Origin: an uncultured virus (IMG/VR IMGVR_UViG_3300032893_000007)
Taxonomy: Duplodnaviria; Heunggongvirae; Uroviricota; Caudoviricetes
Virus record (IMG/VR): IMGVR_UViG_3300032893_000007
Reading direction: 5' to 3' (one strand)
Length of the DNA stretch: 64,000 nucleotides
Shown: positions 1 to 9,624 of the stretch, one piece after another
How the letters are laid out: each line of letters opens with the position of its first letter
How positions within the stretch are numbered: position 1 is the first letter of the stretch
Translations under genes and position numbers: made by a program
Notes under the pieces: model-generated
Seen by the model: only the letters and a program-made list of their open reading frames with translations
The model's database searches: none
Told to the model about the DNA's origin: nothing

Positions 1-148
1 GGTTGCGGTGCCTGCTAGGCGGTTCGACGTGTGGGAGGCGGAGTGCTCGGCGGGCACGTGTCGGCAATCGTGCGGCTCGAGGCTTGGGGGCCCGGCCTTC
101 GTGGCCCGCGGTCCGGGGCTCACGCGGTCGGCGGGCGGTCCGCGGTCC

Positions 149-364
149 GGCGGGGCTCGGTCTTCGCGGTCGGCGTTCCGGGGCTCGTGCGGCAGGCCCG
201 CGGTACGCGGTACGCGGTTTGGCGGGGCTCGGTCTTCGCGGTCGGCGTTCCGGGGCTCGTGCGGCAGGCCCGCGGTACGCGGTACGCGGTTTGGCGGGGC
301 TCGGTCTTCGCGGTCGGCGTTCCGGGGCTCGTGCGGCAGGCCCGCGGTACGCGGTCTGGCGGGG
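149..364. repeat. 72-bp tandem direct repeat, about 3 copies, G-rich
   Basis: Unit GGCGGGGCTCGGTCTTCGCGGTCGGCG...CGCGGTTT starts at 149, 221 and 293; third copy truncated near 355, partial restart near 358; no spacers. Confidence 0.95.
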
Positions 365-556
365 ATCGGGGTGCGCGGCTCGTGTCTGTGGTCGCTTAGA
401 GGCTCGATCCACCGCCTGGTAAGCGGATCCTTAGAAAGTGCGTGCGTTTTTCCGGAGGCAGGCGCAGCTTGGTCAATATTTGCTCGCGTTCGCGCAGGGC
501 GGACTCTCGTCGTAGAGCTTCGCTGGTTGACATTTGGGTCTTGGGTTTTGAGCGTC

Positions 557-1027
557 TCAACGTCCGATCTCCTTCTTGAGTCGCAGGGTTTTCTCGAGGA
601 TAGGTAAGACGGCCAAGTCTTTGGGGCGTCCAGCTGCGCGCTTGCTCTTGATCACGTCGGCGAGGGAGGCTACGAGGACGTGTCCTTGTCCGAAGGTGAT
701 CTTGCTCGTCCGCGAGCGTAGTGACTCGAACGACTTCACTCCGTCGGCGTGGGCCATGAGGTCGACCTGGAGTCCCTCGGAGGGACAGTCCATCCTGTAG
801 AAATTTGAAGCTGGGTACTCGGGTTGCCTCAGCGAGGCGCCGAGCGATTTGGCTACTGCCTTGAGTTTGAGGTGGTTCGTGCGGGTTGGTCTCCACATGA
901 AGTCGAAGTCCTCAGTGGTGATCGGAGCTCCGTTGAGGGCGGCGGCGGCGTTCCCGATCATCACGACCTCGAGCTTTGCCGCGCTGAAGGTCTCAGCCAA
1001 GAGCTCGAGCAGACTGCGGGCGTTCAC
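557..1027 (-). CDS. Minimal nucleotidyltransferase (Pol-beta superfamily, DUF6036/AbiEii-like)
   Basis: IGNAAA..NG..TTEDFDF motif and C-terminal SKRAAGRPKD; GTG start with AGGAG RBS. Confidence 0.85.
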   Translation of the reverse strand: MNARSLLELLAETFSAAKLEVVMIGNAAAALNGAPITTEDFDFMWRPTRTNHLKLKAVAKSLGASLRQPEYPASNFYRMDCPSEGLQVDLMAHADGVKSFESLRSRTSKITFGQGHVLVASLADVIKSKRAAGRPKDLAVLPILEKTLRLKKEIGR

Positions 1028-1237
1028 CGGTATCTCCTACCTGAGTGGGTTGAGTTGAGTATTTGAGACGTTTTCTCGTGGAGGGCGATGCGTGTCAGGG
1101 TGGCTAAGGGTAGGCGGGCGATCTTGGCGGCCTGTTTGGATCGGTCGTGGTCTCCCTTGTCTATTCGTATCTGCACGAGTCGCTTGCTTGCCATGATATT
1201 TGGAGTATATACATCGAATCATGTCGGAGCTAGGGAG

Positions 1238-1915
1238 ATGATCTGCGAACCAATGCGTGCGGAGCTCGAGAGCCTCAAGGCGATCTATCTCGGTGAGGCG
1301 AAGTCCCAGATCCTCCAGGACGTCTTCGTCCTGAGTCTGCTTGGTCCGGAGCCGGGTTACTTCGTGGAGTTCGGGGCGGCCAGCGGGGTGGAGTTTAGTA
1401 ACACGTATTTGTTCGAGAAGAGGTTCGGCTGGAGGGGTGTCCTGGCGGAGCCGGGGAGGAACTGGCACGCGTCCATCGAGGTGAGTCGGGCGGCTACGCT
1501 CGACAGGCGGTGCGTGTGGAGGAGGACCGGCGAGAGGCTCACGTTCTGCGAGCACCCGGACGGCAATCTCTCGGCCGTGGAGGATCACGCGTCGGCGAGC
1601 GCTCGGGAGGTTTCGAGCTCGTACCAGGTGGAGACGGTGAGTCTTGGCGACTTGCTCGACGGGGTCGGGGCGCCGGAGGTGGTGGACTATCTGTCGGCGG
1701 ACACCGAGGGGGCGGAGCTCGATATCCTTGGCGCCTACGACTTCAGGCGGATGTTCAGGGTCGTTACGGTCGAGCACAACCACGATGCCTGCCGGCGGGC
1801 GGCAGTCTACGAGATCATGGTGGGTCGGGGGTACTGCAGGGTGTGCGAGGATTTGTCGGACTTCGACGACTGGTACGTTCACCCGGAGCTCGTCGGAGGT
1901 CGCCGTGGCGGGTGA
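1238..1915 (+). CDS. FkbM-family SAM-dependent methyltransferase
   Basis: FVEFGAASG...SNT, WRGVLAEP, VDYLSADTEGAE; start placed at ATG 1238 (alternative 1253). Confidence 0.9.
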   Translation: MICEPMRAELESLKAIYLGEAKSQILQDVFVLSLLGPEPGYFVEFGAASGVEFSNTYLFEKRFGWRGVLAEPGRNWHASIEVSRAATLDRRCVWRRTGERLTFCEHPDGNLSAVEDHASASAREVSSSYQVETVSLGDLLDGVGAPEVVDYLSADTEGAELDILGAYDFRRMFRVVTVEHNHDACRRAAVYEIMVGRGYCRVCEDLSDFDDWYVHPELVGGRRGG

Positions 1916-2570
1916 GCGGCGAGACCTCGTGCCCGAGTTCTGGAGGGAGCTCGCGGGGAGGCTTCCGAGGGGGGCGGTGGTGCTTGATGTGGGGGCGCAC
2001 TACCTCGAGGAGGCATGCCACTTGATACCGTACCTCGAGGGGGTAGAGTGGCACGCGTTCGAGGCAGATCCTGCGTGCTGTAGGGGCTGCGCGGAGTTCG
2101 TGGTGCCGCTGCTCGAGAGGAGGGGGTGGAAGGTGGCGGTCAGGCAGGTGGCGGTCTGCGACGAGGTCGGAGAGAGGGAGCTCTACCTCTCCGAGAGGAA
2201 GACCGGGGAGCCCTGGACGGCGTCGTCGTCGATCTGCCGGCCCAAGAACGTGCTCGCTGCCTATCCGTGGCTCCACTTTCCGAGGCAGATCAGGGTGCCG
2301 AGCACGACGCTCGACGCCTACTGCTCGTCTGCCGGGATCATCAGGGTCGACCTCCTCAAGATGGATGTGCAGGGTGCTGAGATCAGCGTGGTGCGGGGTG
2401 GGCAGGAGACCCTGAAGAGGACGAGGTACGTCGTTACCGAGGTGGTCGAGAACGAGGAGTACGAGGGTCAGGTGGGGCTCGACGGTCTCGTGGCGGCGAT
2501 GCCCGGGCGGTGGTCGGTCGTCGAGAGGCTCGCGTGTGACGCCTTGCTTGTCAACGAGTCGTCGGGGTAG
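1905..2570 (+). CDS. FkbM-family SAM-dependent methyltransferase
   Basis: VLDVGAH, HAFEADP, VDLLKMDVQGAE; GTG at 1905 after GGAGGT. Confidence 0.9.
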   Translation: MAGERRDLVPEFWRELAGRLPRGAVVLDVGAHYLEEACHLIPYLEGVEWHAFEADPACCRGCAEFVVPLLERRGWKVAVRQVAVCDEVGERELYLSERKTGEPWTASSSICRPKNVLAAYPWLHFPRQIRVPSTTLDAYCSSAGIIRVDLLKMDVQGAEISVVRGGQETLKRTRYVVTEVVENEEYEGQVGLDGLVAAMPGRWSVVERLACDALLVNESSG

Positions 2571-2644
2571 TTGACGAGTTGGTTCGCTGACGACGATCTC
2601 CAGCGGGGTTTGATACGGTGGGTTAATACTGGTTCATTTTTATG

Positions 2645-2675
2645 TCTTGACACTTTGTTCAGGCTGGGCGAAGAT
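2645..2675 (+). promoter_or_regulatory. Sigma-70-like promoter with conserved motif TCTTGACACTTTGTTCAGGCT
   Basis: TTGACA 2647-2652, N17, GAAGAT; 21 bp identical to 19827-19847 (minus strand). Confidence 0.7.
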
Positions 2676-2682
2676 CGTGGGC

Positions 2683-4272
2683 ATGTCGGAAAATCAAGTC
2701 GAGCAATCTCCTCGCGTCTTCAAGGTTCCGGTCGAGAACGTGGAGCGACTGCAGTCGCAGATCGAGGTGGTGAACCAGCGGGTCCAGCGCCTCCGCAAGA
2801 AGGGTCACGACGTCGAGCTCGTCGAGATCAAGGTCGGTCAGCCGTACGTCGTGAAGGTTCGAGATCCGCGCGACGTGGCGGAAGTGGGGCCGCTCGCCGA
2901 GCGCTTGTTCGTCGACGTCGAGCTCATGTCGCCCGAGCCGCCGAGGGTGGACGGGTGGGAGTTCGTGGCGGCGCTCACCCACGTCGAGGGGGTGGGGGCG
3001 GTTCTGCGGGTGGTGCCGGGCGCGCAGGTAGCTGACGGGGAGCTCAAGAGGTACCGCGAGGCCAGCCCGGAGAACTGCGACCACTGTCATGCCCAGCGCA
3101 AGCGCACGGACACGTTCGTGGTGCGCGACCGGCAGGGGGCTTTAAGTCAGGTCGGCAGGCAGTGCCTCAAGGCGTACACGGGGCTCGCGAGCCCGGAGCG
3201 GCTGTGCGCGCGGGCGGAGCTCCTGTTCTCGCTCTCGGAGCTGCTCTCGGACTCGGAGGGCGACGACTTTGGCGGAGGGTTCGGGTCGGGTCAGCGGTAC
3301 GTGACGATCGAGCGGTACCTGCCCTACGTGGCCTGCTCGATCAGGCAGGACGGCTGGCTCTCGAGGACTGCGGCCAGGGAGAGAGGTGGGGCGAGCCAGT
3401 CGACGTGCGATCTGGCCTGCAGTCATGGCGTGTACGCGATGCCGGAGCTCCCGGAGAAGGACCGGTACTACCCGACGGAGAAGGACTTCAGCCTGGCGGC
3501 AGCGACCATCGAGCACTGCGAGCAGTACTTCGTTGAGAAGCCCGTCGACGACCTCACGGACTACGAGAACTCGCTGCGCGTGGCGATGGCCTCCGGTATC
3601 GCGCACCCGAAGTTCTTGGGGCTCATCGCCTCGGCGGTTCCCTTCTACCAGAGGGACGTCGAGCGTCGCGCGCGGAACGATTCCTGGGCGAAGATGGTCG
3701 AGGGTTCGCGGTACCAGGGGGTAGTGGGAGAGCGGGGGATCTTCGAGAACCTCAGGGTGCTGGCTTACCGCACGTGGGAGTCTAATTTCGGCGTTACGCA
3801 CTTCTACTCGTTCGTCGACGAGCAGAGCAATGCGTACGCGTACTTCGCCTCGCGCGACCTTGACCTGGCGGTCGGGCAGGTGGTGTCGTTCTGGGCGAAG
3901 GTCAAGAAGCACGAGCTCCGCACCCCGAAGTTCGACGGGGCGAAGTCGTACCAGCAGACCGTGATCACGAGGGCCTCTCGGGTGATGCGTGCGAGGGTGG
4001 TCTCGCAGGACGTGGTCGACCTGGTCGTGAAGTCGGGTGGCTGGAACGGGGAGCCTCCGGTTACGGAGAAGAGGCACTGCTACCACTTCGAGTCGTCGGA
4101 CGGCCGGAAGTTCGCGCTGCTGTTGAAGTCGCGCAAGAAGGCGCTGGGGGTGGGTGTAGTTGCGGTGGTGTCGTACGACGAGGATTCGGTCAACCTGCCG
4201 AGCGGCGAGAAGCCGGTGGGTTTGGTTTCGGTCGTGGAGCAGGCTCAGGCCAGCTTGGCGCTGGTGTCTTGA
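2683..4272 (+). CDS. Phage-type protein with Zn ribbon (CDHC...QVGRQC) and probable C-terminal OB fold
   Basis: Long ORF with GC-rich third positions; CxxC plus VGxxC; GVVGERG...ESNFG...VKKH...QTVITR OB-like pattern. Confidence 0.7.
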   Translation: MSENQVEQSPRVFKVPVENVERLQSQIEVVNQRVQRLRKKGHDVELVEIKVGQPYVVKVRDPRDVAEVGPLAERLFVDVELMSPEPPRVDGWEFVAALTHVEGVGAVLRVVPGAQVADGELKRYREASPENCDHCHAQRKRTDTFVVRDRQGALSQVGRQCLKAYTGLASPERLCARAELLFSLSELLSDSEGDDFGGGFGSGQRYVTIERYLPYVACSIRQDGWLSRTAARERGGASQSTCDLACSHGVYAMPELPEKDRYYPTEKDFSLAAATIEHCEQYFVEKPVDDLTDYENSLRVAMASGIAHPKFLGLIASAVPFYQRDVERRARNDSWAKMVEGSRYQGVVGERGIFENLRVLAYRTWESNFGVTHFYSFVDEQSNAYAYFASRDLDLAVGQVVSFWAKVKKHELRTPKFDGAKSYQQTVITRASRVMRARVVSQDVVDLVVKSGGWNGEPPVTEKRHCYHFESSDGRKFALLLKSRKKALGVGVVAVVSYDEDSVNLPSGEKPVGLVSVVEQAQASLALVS

Positions 4273-4296
4273 CTCTTGGTTCTAGTGGTTTATTAT
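4269..4296 (+). promoter_or_regulatory. Sigma-70-like promoter, degenerate copy of the shared motif
   Basis: TTGACTCTTGGTTC, N16 spacer, TATTAT; upstream of ORF 4327. Confidence 0.55.
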
Positions 4297-4326
4297 TTTT
4301 GAGTCAGTGAGGAGGGTTGCGGAAAA

Positions 4327-4542
4327 ATGATGACGATGGATGGGTACAAGGTTGACGACAGTGTGTTTTACAAGGACACGACGGACGCCGTGATTGTCGA
4401 GGTGGTCGTGCCGAAGAGTGTGAAGAAGGAGGGCCTCTACGTCGTGAGGTCTTGGCGGGGTGAGAAGCAGATGGCAGACCAGATGGTGCGGGACAGGGAC
4501 ATCTCGGGCAGGAGGCCGCAGGCTGTCCGTGAGGTGGCCTGA
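4327..4542 (+). CDS. Hypothetical small protein
   Basis: 71 aa ORF with GAGGAGG RBS and upstream promoter. Confidence 0.7.
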   Translation: MMTMDGYKVDDSVFYKDTTDAVIVEVVVPKSVKKEGLYVVRSWRGEKQMADQMVRDRDISGRRPQAVREVA

Positions 4543-4549
4543 CGAGGGG

Positions 4550-4999
4550 TTATTCGGACTTCATCTGCTCCAGCCAGTCGTCGCCCAGTATTTTACGGAT
4601 CTTCTTGATGGCGCCGAGCTCGATCTGGCGGATGCGCTCGCGGGTGAGGCCGAGTACGTTGGCGATCTCCTCGAGGGTGAGTCCGCCGCGGTCGGCGACG
4701 TCCAGGGAGCAACTCTCGTCGGGGGGAACGTCTTCCGGGGCACGGTCGCCGTGGGTGAGCGTGATGTGGCCCGTCCTGGGGTTGACGTCAAGGTAGTTGT
4801 TGTAGGGGCAGCCGACGAGGGGGCAGGGGCGAGGTCCGTCTGTGCAGTCGGAGCGCGGGAACCCCATGAAGCTCGGAAGTCCGGTCTCGGCGCTCCATAG
4901 GTTGGACATCGTCTTGATGGTTCGAGCGTTTCCGATGGACGGGCGGCCGCGGGGTAGTGACGTCTCGTAGTCGGCGTCCTGGGGTTTGGTGAGGGGCAT
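4550..4999 (-). CDS. Cys-rich DNA-binding protein with sigma-70 region-4 HTH
   Basis: [50 protein letters not shown]. Confidence 0.85.
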   Translation of the reverse strand: MPLTKPQDADYETSLPRGRPSIGNARTIKTMSNLWSAETGLPSFMGFPRSDCTDGPRPCPLVGCPYNNYLDVNPRTGHITLTHGDRAPEDVPPDESCSLDVADRGGLTLEEIANVLGLTRERIRQIELGAIKKIRKILGDDWLEQMKSE

Positions 5000-5099
5000 C
5001 GAGGGGTGTTCGGTCAGATCTTAGCGCGTTTATGGTTGTGGGAGGAGATCTGCGAGGCGTCGGTTTCGTTTTGGGGTAGGTCTCTAAGGTTGCATGTGG

Positions 5100-6134
5100 T
5101 CAGCGGAGGGTGGCGTGCTCGCGCCTGACCGAGTGGCTGATTCCGCAGGGGGCGCGACACCGGGACATCTGGTCTCGGCACCCGGGCGACCTCCAGAAGG
5201 AGGCGAGGTCGCCTCGTCGCTCGAGTTTCATGCCGGGAAAATGGTTCGAGAAGCAGAGGGAGGCTCGTCCCTCCACGTCGACCATGATGTTGCGCTCGCC
5301 GGAGTTGCAGATGACTTCGTCTGTCGTGATCCCGCAGCCCCATCCCCGGTCGAGGTTCGGGGCGTTCCAGAGGGCGCGGAAGTAGGATACGACCTGCGAG
5401 ATCCACTTGGGGTTGAGGTGGAGCTGGAAGGTGAGGTTGCACGTCGCGAGGGTGTCGGCGAGCTTCGAGGGGTCGACCTGCGACTCCGTCTCGAAGAAGC
5501 GGTCGCGGGAGGTGCAGCGGGGATGGGACGTGTTGATGAAGGAGGGTTGTAGGGCGTTGAGCTTCAGCTTGTCGGCCCCGAGGCCGCGGAGGATGAGGTC
5601 GTAGAAGTCGTGCAGGCGCTCGGCGCTCGAGGCGCTGAGCAGTCCCATGACGTAGATCTTGGTGGGTCTGCCCAGCAGCTTGCGGGAGGCGAGTAGGAGC
5701 TTCACGGCGTTGGTCGCTGCCGCGTAGGATCCGGGGAGTCCTCGGAAGCTGTCGTGGGTGTAGGCGTCCGGGGAGTCGAGCGATACGCTCACCTCGTTGG
5801 GGCCGTCGGCGATCACTCGGTTGGCGTCGGCGGGCGTCGTCACGAGGGTGCCGTTCGTGACGGACAGCGTGCGCAGTCCCAGGGAGCGGCACTTTCTGCA
5901 CACCTCGAAGTAGGTTGCTATGTCGAGCATGGGCTCGCCGCCGCAGATGACCACGGTTCCGCCGGGGGAGAGTTCGCTGAACTCTTCGACGATCTCTAGC
6001 TGCCTCGGCAGGCTCGTGGTCGAGAGCCTCGGCTTGGAGACTGTCCAGTACTCGCAGTGGCGGCAGCGCAGGTTGCAGACCTCGTTGACGGACAGGAAGA
6101 GGAACTGCGGGTTTCTTTCGAACACGGAGTTCAT
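5100..6134 (-). CDS. Radical SAM protein with C-terminal SPASM/twitch-like Cys cluster
   Basis: CNLRCRHC, GGEP, TNG, VSLDS; C-terminal Cys residues. Confidence 0.9.
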   Translation of the reverse strand: MNSVFERNPQFLFLSVNEVCNLRCRHCEYWTVSKPRLSTTSLPRQLEIVEEFSELSPGGTVVICGGEPMLDIATYFEVCRKCRSLGLRTLSVTNGTLVTTPADANRVIADGPNEVSVSLDSPDAYTHDSFRGLPGSYAAATNAVKLLLASRKLLGRPTKIYVMGLLSASSAERLHDFYDLILRGLGADKLKLNALQPSFINTSHPRCTSRDRFFETESQVDPSKLADTLATCNLTFQLHLNPKWISQVVSYFRALWNAPNLDRGWGCGITTDEVICNSGERNIMVDVEGRASLCFSNHFPGMKLERRGDLASFWRSPGCRDQMSRCRAPCGISHSVRREHATLR

Positions 6135-6137
6135 CGT

Positions 6138-7217
6138 TCACCACCTCCTGGTCGGGCAGTCGGCGCCTCGGGGAGGCTCGGCGACGAGGCAGTTGGCGCA
6201 CACGCTCCCGGCGAGGGTCCTGAAGAGCTGGTTGGTCGCCGCTCGGCAGAGGCCGCATACTTTCTTGGGCGGCAGGAGGTCGGGGAAGTGTCTGCGCACG
6301 ATCTTCTCGAAGAAGTCGGCGAGGTGGCTGGTTTCGCAGTAGTGGTTCTGCCGGTTGCCGTGGAACCACGGCACGGCGAGCTTCGCTGCGAGCTTGTCGT
6401 CGTCGCGGTCGAGCTCTACGACTTCGTCGACGACGTCGTCGAGGCGACGGTTGTTGGCGCACACGAAGCTCCGGACGTCGAAGTCGTCGTCGACTTGGGA
6501 GCTGCCCCAGTAGATGGGCATGCTGTTCACGATCATGGGCTCCACCAGCTTCTCGCTTACGTAGCCGGGGTAGGAGGAGTTCTCGAAGGCGATCGTGAAC
6601 TTGTACGAGGCTATGAAGGGCAGTTTGTCCGAAACTCGGTACCCGAGGTTGTTCAGCACGGCTCCGCCCGAGTCGACCCTTTTGTACTTTGACAGGAGCT
6701 CGAAGAGTCGTATGCGCTCGCGGGCGCTCCCGTTCGAGTTTACGAAGCAGCAGAATTTGGTCTTTGACGTGACGATCTTCTTCCAGTCGGTGTCCAGATC
6801 TTTGACGAGCGTGAGGTTCGGGTCAGGCACGAGGTGGTTCTTGATGCAGTCTTGGTCCCGGAGGTGGCGGAGTACCCGCACGTAGATCGGCAGCCGGAGG
6901 TGACTCGGGCTCTCGACGTAGTCGCCGGTCATGGCGTAGGAGCACTCGTCCCAGGGGGTACGGATGTTCTCCTCGCAGGTGAAGACCTTGAGGCACTCGT
7001 CGTAGCGGGGGTGGAGGTGGGGCTTCTCGTAGACCGAGCAGAAGAGGACGTCGGGCGTCACGTCGAGCACTCCGTGCTGGTCGGGTTCGGACACCCGCAG
7101 CGCGAAGCGGTCCGTGAGCGAGAGAGTGACGTTGTTCCACACCGGGTGGAAGAGGTGGTGGAAGCCGACGAAGCCCACGCTCACGGGGGGTGCGTCCTTG
7201 AGGCCGATGGTCTGCAT
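6138..7217 (-). CDS. Glycosyltransferase family 10 (alpha-1,3/4-fucosyltransferase-like)
   Basis: YKFTIAFENSSYPGYVSEKL...PIYWG; start ATG 7217 overlaps stop of upstream gene. Confidence 0.9.
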   Translation of the reverse strand: MQTIGLKDAPPVSVGFVGFHHLFHPVWNNVTLSLTDRFALRVSEPDQHGVLDVTPDVLFCSVYEKPHLHPRYDECLKVFTCEENIRTPWDECSYAMTGDYVESPSHLRLPIYVRVLRHLRDQDCIKNHLVPDPNLTLVKDLDTDWKKIVTSKTKFCCFVNSNGSARERIRLFELLSKYKRVDSGGAVLNNLGYRVSDKLPFIASYKFTIAFENSSYPGYVSEKLVEPMIVNSMPIYWGSSQVDDDFDVRSFVCANNRRLDDVVDEVVELDRDDDKLAAKLAVPWFHGNRQNHYCETSHLADFFEKIVRRHFPDLLPPKKVCGLCRAATNQLFRTLAGSVCANCLVAEPPRGADCPTRRW

Positions 7218-7981
7218 CAGGGCTGCTCGGAGGCCACGAGGACGCGGCGGTCGGGGTCGGGTTGGGTAAGATTCCACCGGGTACGGAGGTCGGAGGACGT
7301 CCACGGGCGGGCGATGGCGATCTGCCTGCTGAGCGTGATGCGGAATTGTTTTTGGACGTGCGGATCTACGGGCGAGAGCAGCGGGTGAGAGGCGATGTGC
7401 TCGAGTCGGGACCCGTCGTCGTGGGGGAGGTGCTCGAGGTCGCCGAGGAGGCACTCGCGCCAGGTGAGACCGGCTTGGGCGAGCCTGCAGTAGAAGTCTT
7501 CGTCCTCGAAGCCGTACTGGCGGAGCCTCTCGTTGTATCCGTTTACTCGCCTCCAGTGGCGTACGGCCGTGAAGACCGTGCCGCAGAGGTTGCGCTTGTC
7601 GTCGGTCTCGGGAGGGACGGAGTGGCAGTTGACCGCGTAGAAGGAGGTGTCGTTGGGGGGGTGGTGCCTGAAGAAGTCGGGTGCTACCAGGGCGTCGTTG
7701 TCGAGTCTCAGCACGAGGTCGCACTCGAGGTGCGAGGCGGCGGTGAACTCGAGGTTGTGGCAGCGCGAGTTCTCCCAGTGGGAGGCTTCGGCGCGGACGA
7801 CGGTGACCCGAGGGTCGCCGAAGCTCGCCAGGGAGAGCGCGAGGGGATCACTTGATCCCCAGTCGACGACGATGATTTCGTCGGGCTCCGCGAGCTTGGT
7901 CCAGCTGTTCATCGCTTGGAGCAGGTGCTCGAGTCGGTCCATGCTTCCGGTCGTGACGGCGAGGCGTTCTCCGCAGAGCAT
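7217..7981 (-). CDS. GT2/GT7-like glycosyltransferase
   Basis: EIIVVDWGS, RLDND, NGYNERLRQYGFEDEDF. Confidence 0.85.
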   Translation of the reverse strand: MLCGERLAVTTGSMDRLEHLLQAMNSWTKLAEPDEIIVVDWGSSDPLALSLASFGDPRVTVVRAEASHWENSRCHNLEFTAASHLECDLVLRLDNDALVAPDFFRHHPPNDTSFYAVNCHSVPPETDDKRNLCGTVFTAVRHWRRVNGYNERLRQYGFEDEDFYCRLAQAGLTWRECLLGDLEHLPHDDGSRLEHIASHPLLSPVDPHVQKQFRITLSRQIAIARPWTSSDLRTRWNLTQPDPDRRVLVASEQP

Positions 7982-7996
7982 CAGGGTCTCCAGTTT

Positions 7997-9226
7997 TCAG
8001 CCGACTGAGCGGGCCAGCTCGGCTACGGCGGGGTGGTTGGGGAAGACGGTTGTGAGGTGTCGGCAGGCTGCCCGGGCGTCAGATCGCATGCCGAGCTTGT
8101 CGAACGCCGAGGCGACGTGGATGAGGGAGCGGTCAGGGTGCTCGGGGCCATCGTCGTGGAGCAGGAGGTTGTCTTTATGTAGCTCGACGGCTTGCTCGTA
8201 GGCGTGGATGCATGCGCGCCATTCTTTTTGCATGAACCGCGAGCGGCAGAGCTTGAGGGCCGATTTCCAGTTTTGGGGAAATTCGCGCATGGATCTCTCG
8301 TACCAGTCGGAGGCCCGGTCGTAGCGGTCCTGATGTTCGTAGAGGAGTCCCTTGAGGGCCGAGGCCCAGCTTCTGACTTCGGGGTCCTGGGCGCGAGCGA
8401 GGGATGTGTCGGCGGCGGCAGCGGCGAGGTCGAGGCACTCGTGGAGCTCGGAGGCGGAGGCTAGCTCGGCCAGCTCGAGGGCTTCGAGCTCGGCGCCTTC
8501 CCGGATCCTAGAGTAGTGGATCTTGAGGACGTCGAGTTGGTGGAACAGTTTTCGGTGTGAGCGCAGGGATCCGACGACGAGGGTCGGGGATCCGGATACG
8601 TTGCATACTGCGTGGCCCGTCCACCGGGCGCCCGCTCGGTTCTTGACGATCTTGGTTTGTTGGCGAGCGCGTCCGAACGTTGAGCTGTGGGTGAGGGCGA
8701 AGAGGCGTCCGTCGTCCCGCATGATGCTGCAGACGCCTCGCAGGTATTCCGGGTCTTCGAGGTGTTCGCCTTCGCGGAGGAATACGCACCACTCGGACGA
8801 CGACAGGGAGAGGCCGAGCTCCATTACGCGGCACCAGCATGACACGAGGGGCAGGCCGCTCGTCGGGAAGCTGGTTTGCTCGTCGACGAGGGGCGCGCCT
8901 CGGGTGTAGGTTTCGGGGACGTCGTCGAGGTAGAGGTGGGGGTAATTAGGCGACGATAGGTCGGCAGCGACTATGGAAGGTGGGTGGGGGAGGTGGGCGA
9001 CGGAAGCTTCGAGCTCGGTCAGGAGGGAGGAGCTCGCGGGGTCGGGTCCGGTCACGAGGGCGACGATCTCGTCGACGTGGGGGAAGAGGGAGTCGAACGT
9101 CTCGAGTCCTACTGGTTTGACGCTCGGTCGGCTGAGCACGATCACGGCCGTGGTGGAGGGCAGCGTGTTCGGGTCGAGCTCGGACTCCTTCTTGATCTCG
9201 GAGGTCTTGATTTGTACGTGCGGCAT
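7997..9226 (-). CDS. Degenerate glycosyltransferase-like N-terminus fused to TPR repeats
   Basis: VDEIVALVTG and EWCVFLREGE (GT2-like, canonical DxD lost); helical TPR-like C-terminus. Confidence 0.6.
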   Translation of the reverse strand: MPHVQIKTSEIKKESELDPNTLPSTTAVIVLSRPSVKPVGLETFDSLFPHVDEIVALVTGPDPASSSLLTELEASVAHLPHPPSIVAADLSSPNYPHLYLDDVPETYTRGAPLVDEQTSFPTSGLPLVSCWCRVMELGLSLSSSEWCVFLREGEHLEDPEYLRGVCSIMRDDGRLFALTHSSTFGRARQQTKIVKNRAGARWTGHAVCNVSGSPTLVVGSLRSHRKLFHQLDVLKIHYSRIREGAELEALELAELASASELHECLDLAAAAADTSLARAQDPEVRSWASALKGLLYEHQDRYDRASDWYERSMREFPQNWKSALKLCRSRFMQKEWRACIHAYEQAVELHKDNLLLHDDGPEHPDRSLIHVASAFDKLGMRSDARAACRHLTTVFPNHPAVAELARSVG

Positions 9227-9240
9227 GATGTTCCTGTCGG

Positions 9241-9624
9241 TTACGAGAGGGTCATCGAGGTGCTGAACCGTTTCTGCGTGACGAGGCAGTCGGTCTTCTT
9301 CAGGGCTCTCGCCATGGCGCGGCTGCCGGCCTTGTTCCAGGAGTGGATCACGATCTGGTGCGGGATCCGGGATGGGTCGAGTTGGTCGGCGATGAAGGTG
9401 GCGACCTGGAGGCCGTCGCCGGGGTCGCGAACTCCTACGAGCTCCTGCGACTTAGGCAGGTCGTGGTCGAGGAAGACGACGTCGAACGTGGGGTTCTTCT
9501 TCAGGGCTCGGATGGCCTGGCCGGCGGTGTACGTGTGGAACACCTGGGCATCTGGTAACATCAGGTTGAAGGCGTCGTGTCGCCCAGGGTCGTCGTCGAG
9601 GATGAGGACTCGATTTTTCGTCAT
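9241..9624 (-). CDS. Stand-alone cyclic-phosphate-processing-type receiver domain protein
   Basis: RVLILDDD, VFLDHDL, GDGLQVA, IVIHSWN. Confidence 0.8.
   Translation of the reverse strand: MTKNRVLILDDDPGRHDAFNLMLPDAQVFHTYTAGQAIRALKKNPTFDVVFLDHDLPKSQELVGVRDPGDGLQVATFIADQLDPSRIPHQIVIHSWNKAGSRAMARALKKTDCLVTQKRFSTSMTLS

Noticed and set aside
149..364. CRISPR array
   Set aside because: Units are contiguous and near-identical with no unique spacers; no cas genes seen
3..607. Plus-strand ORFs across the tandem repeat
   Set aside because: Open in all three frames because the G-rich repeat lacks stops; low-complexity Arg/Gly products; no RBS
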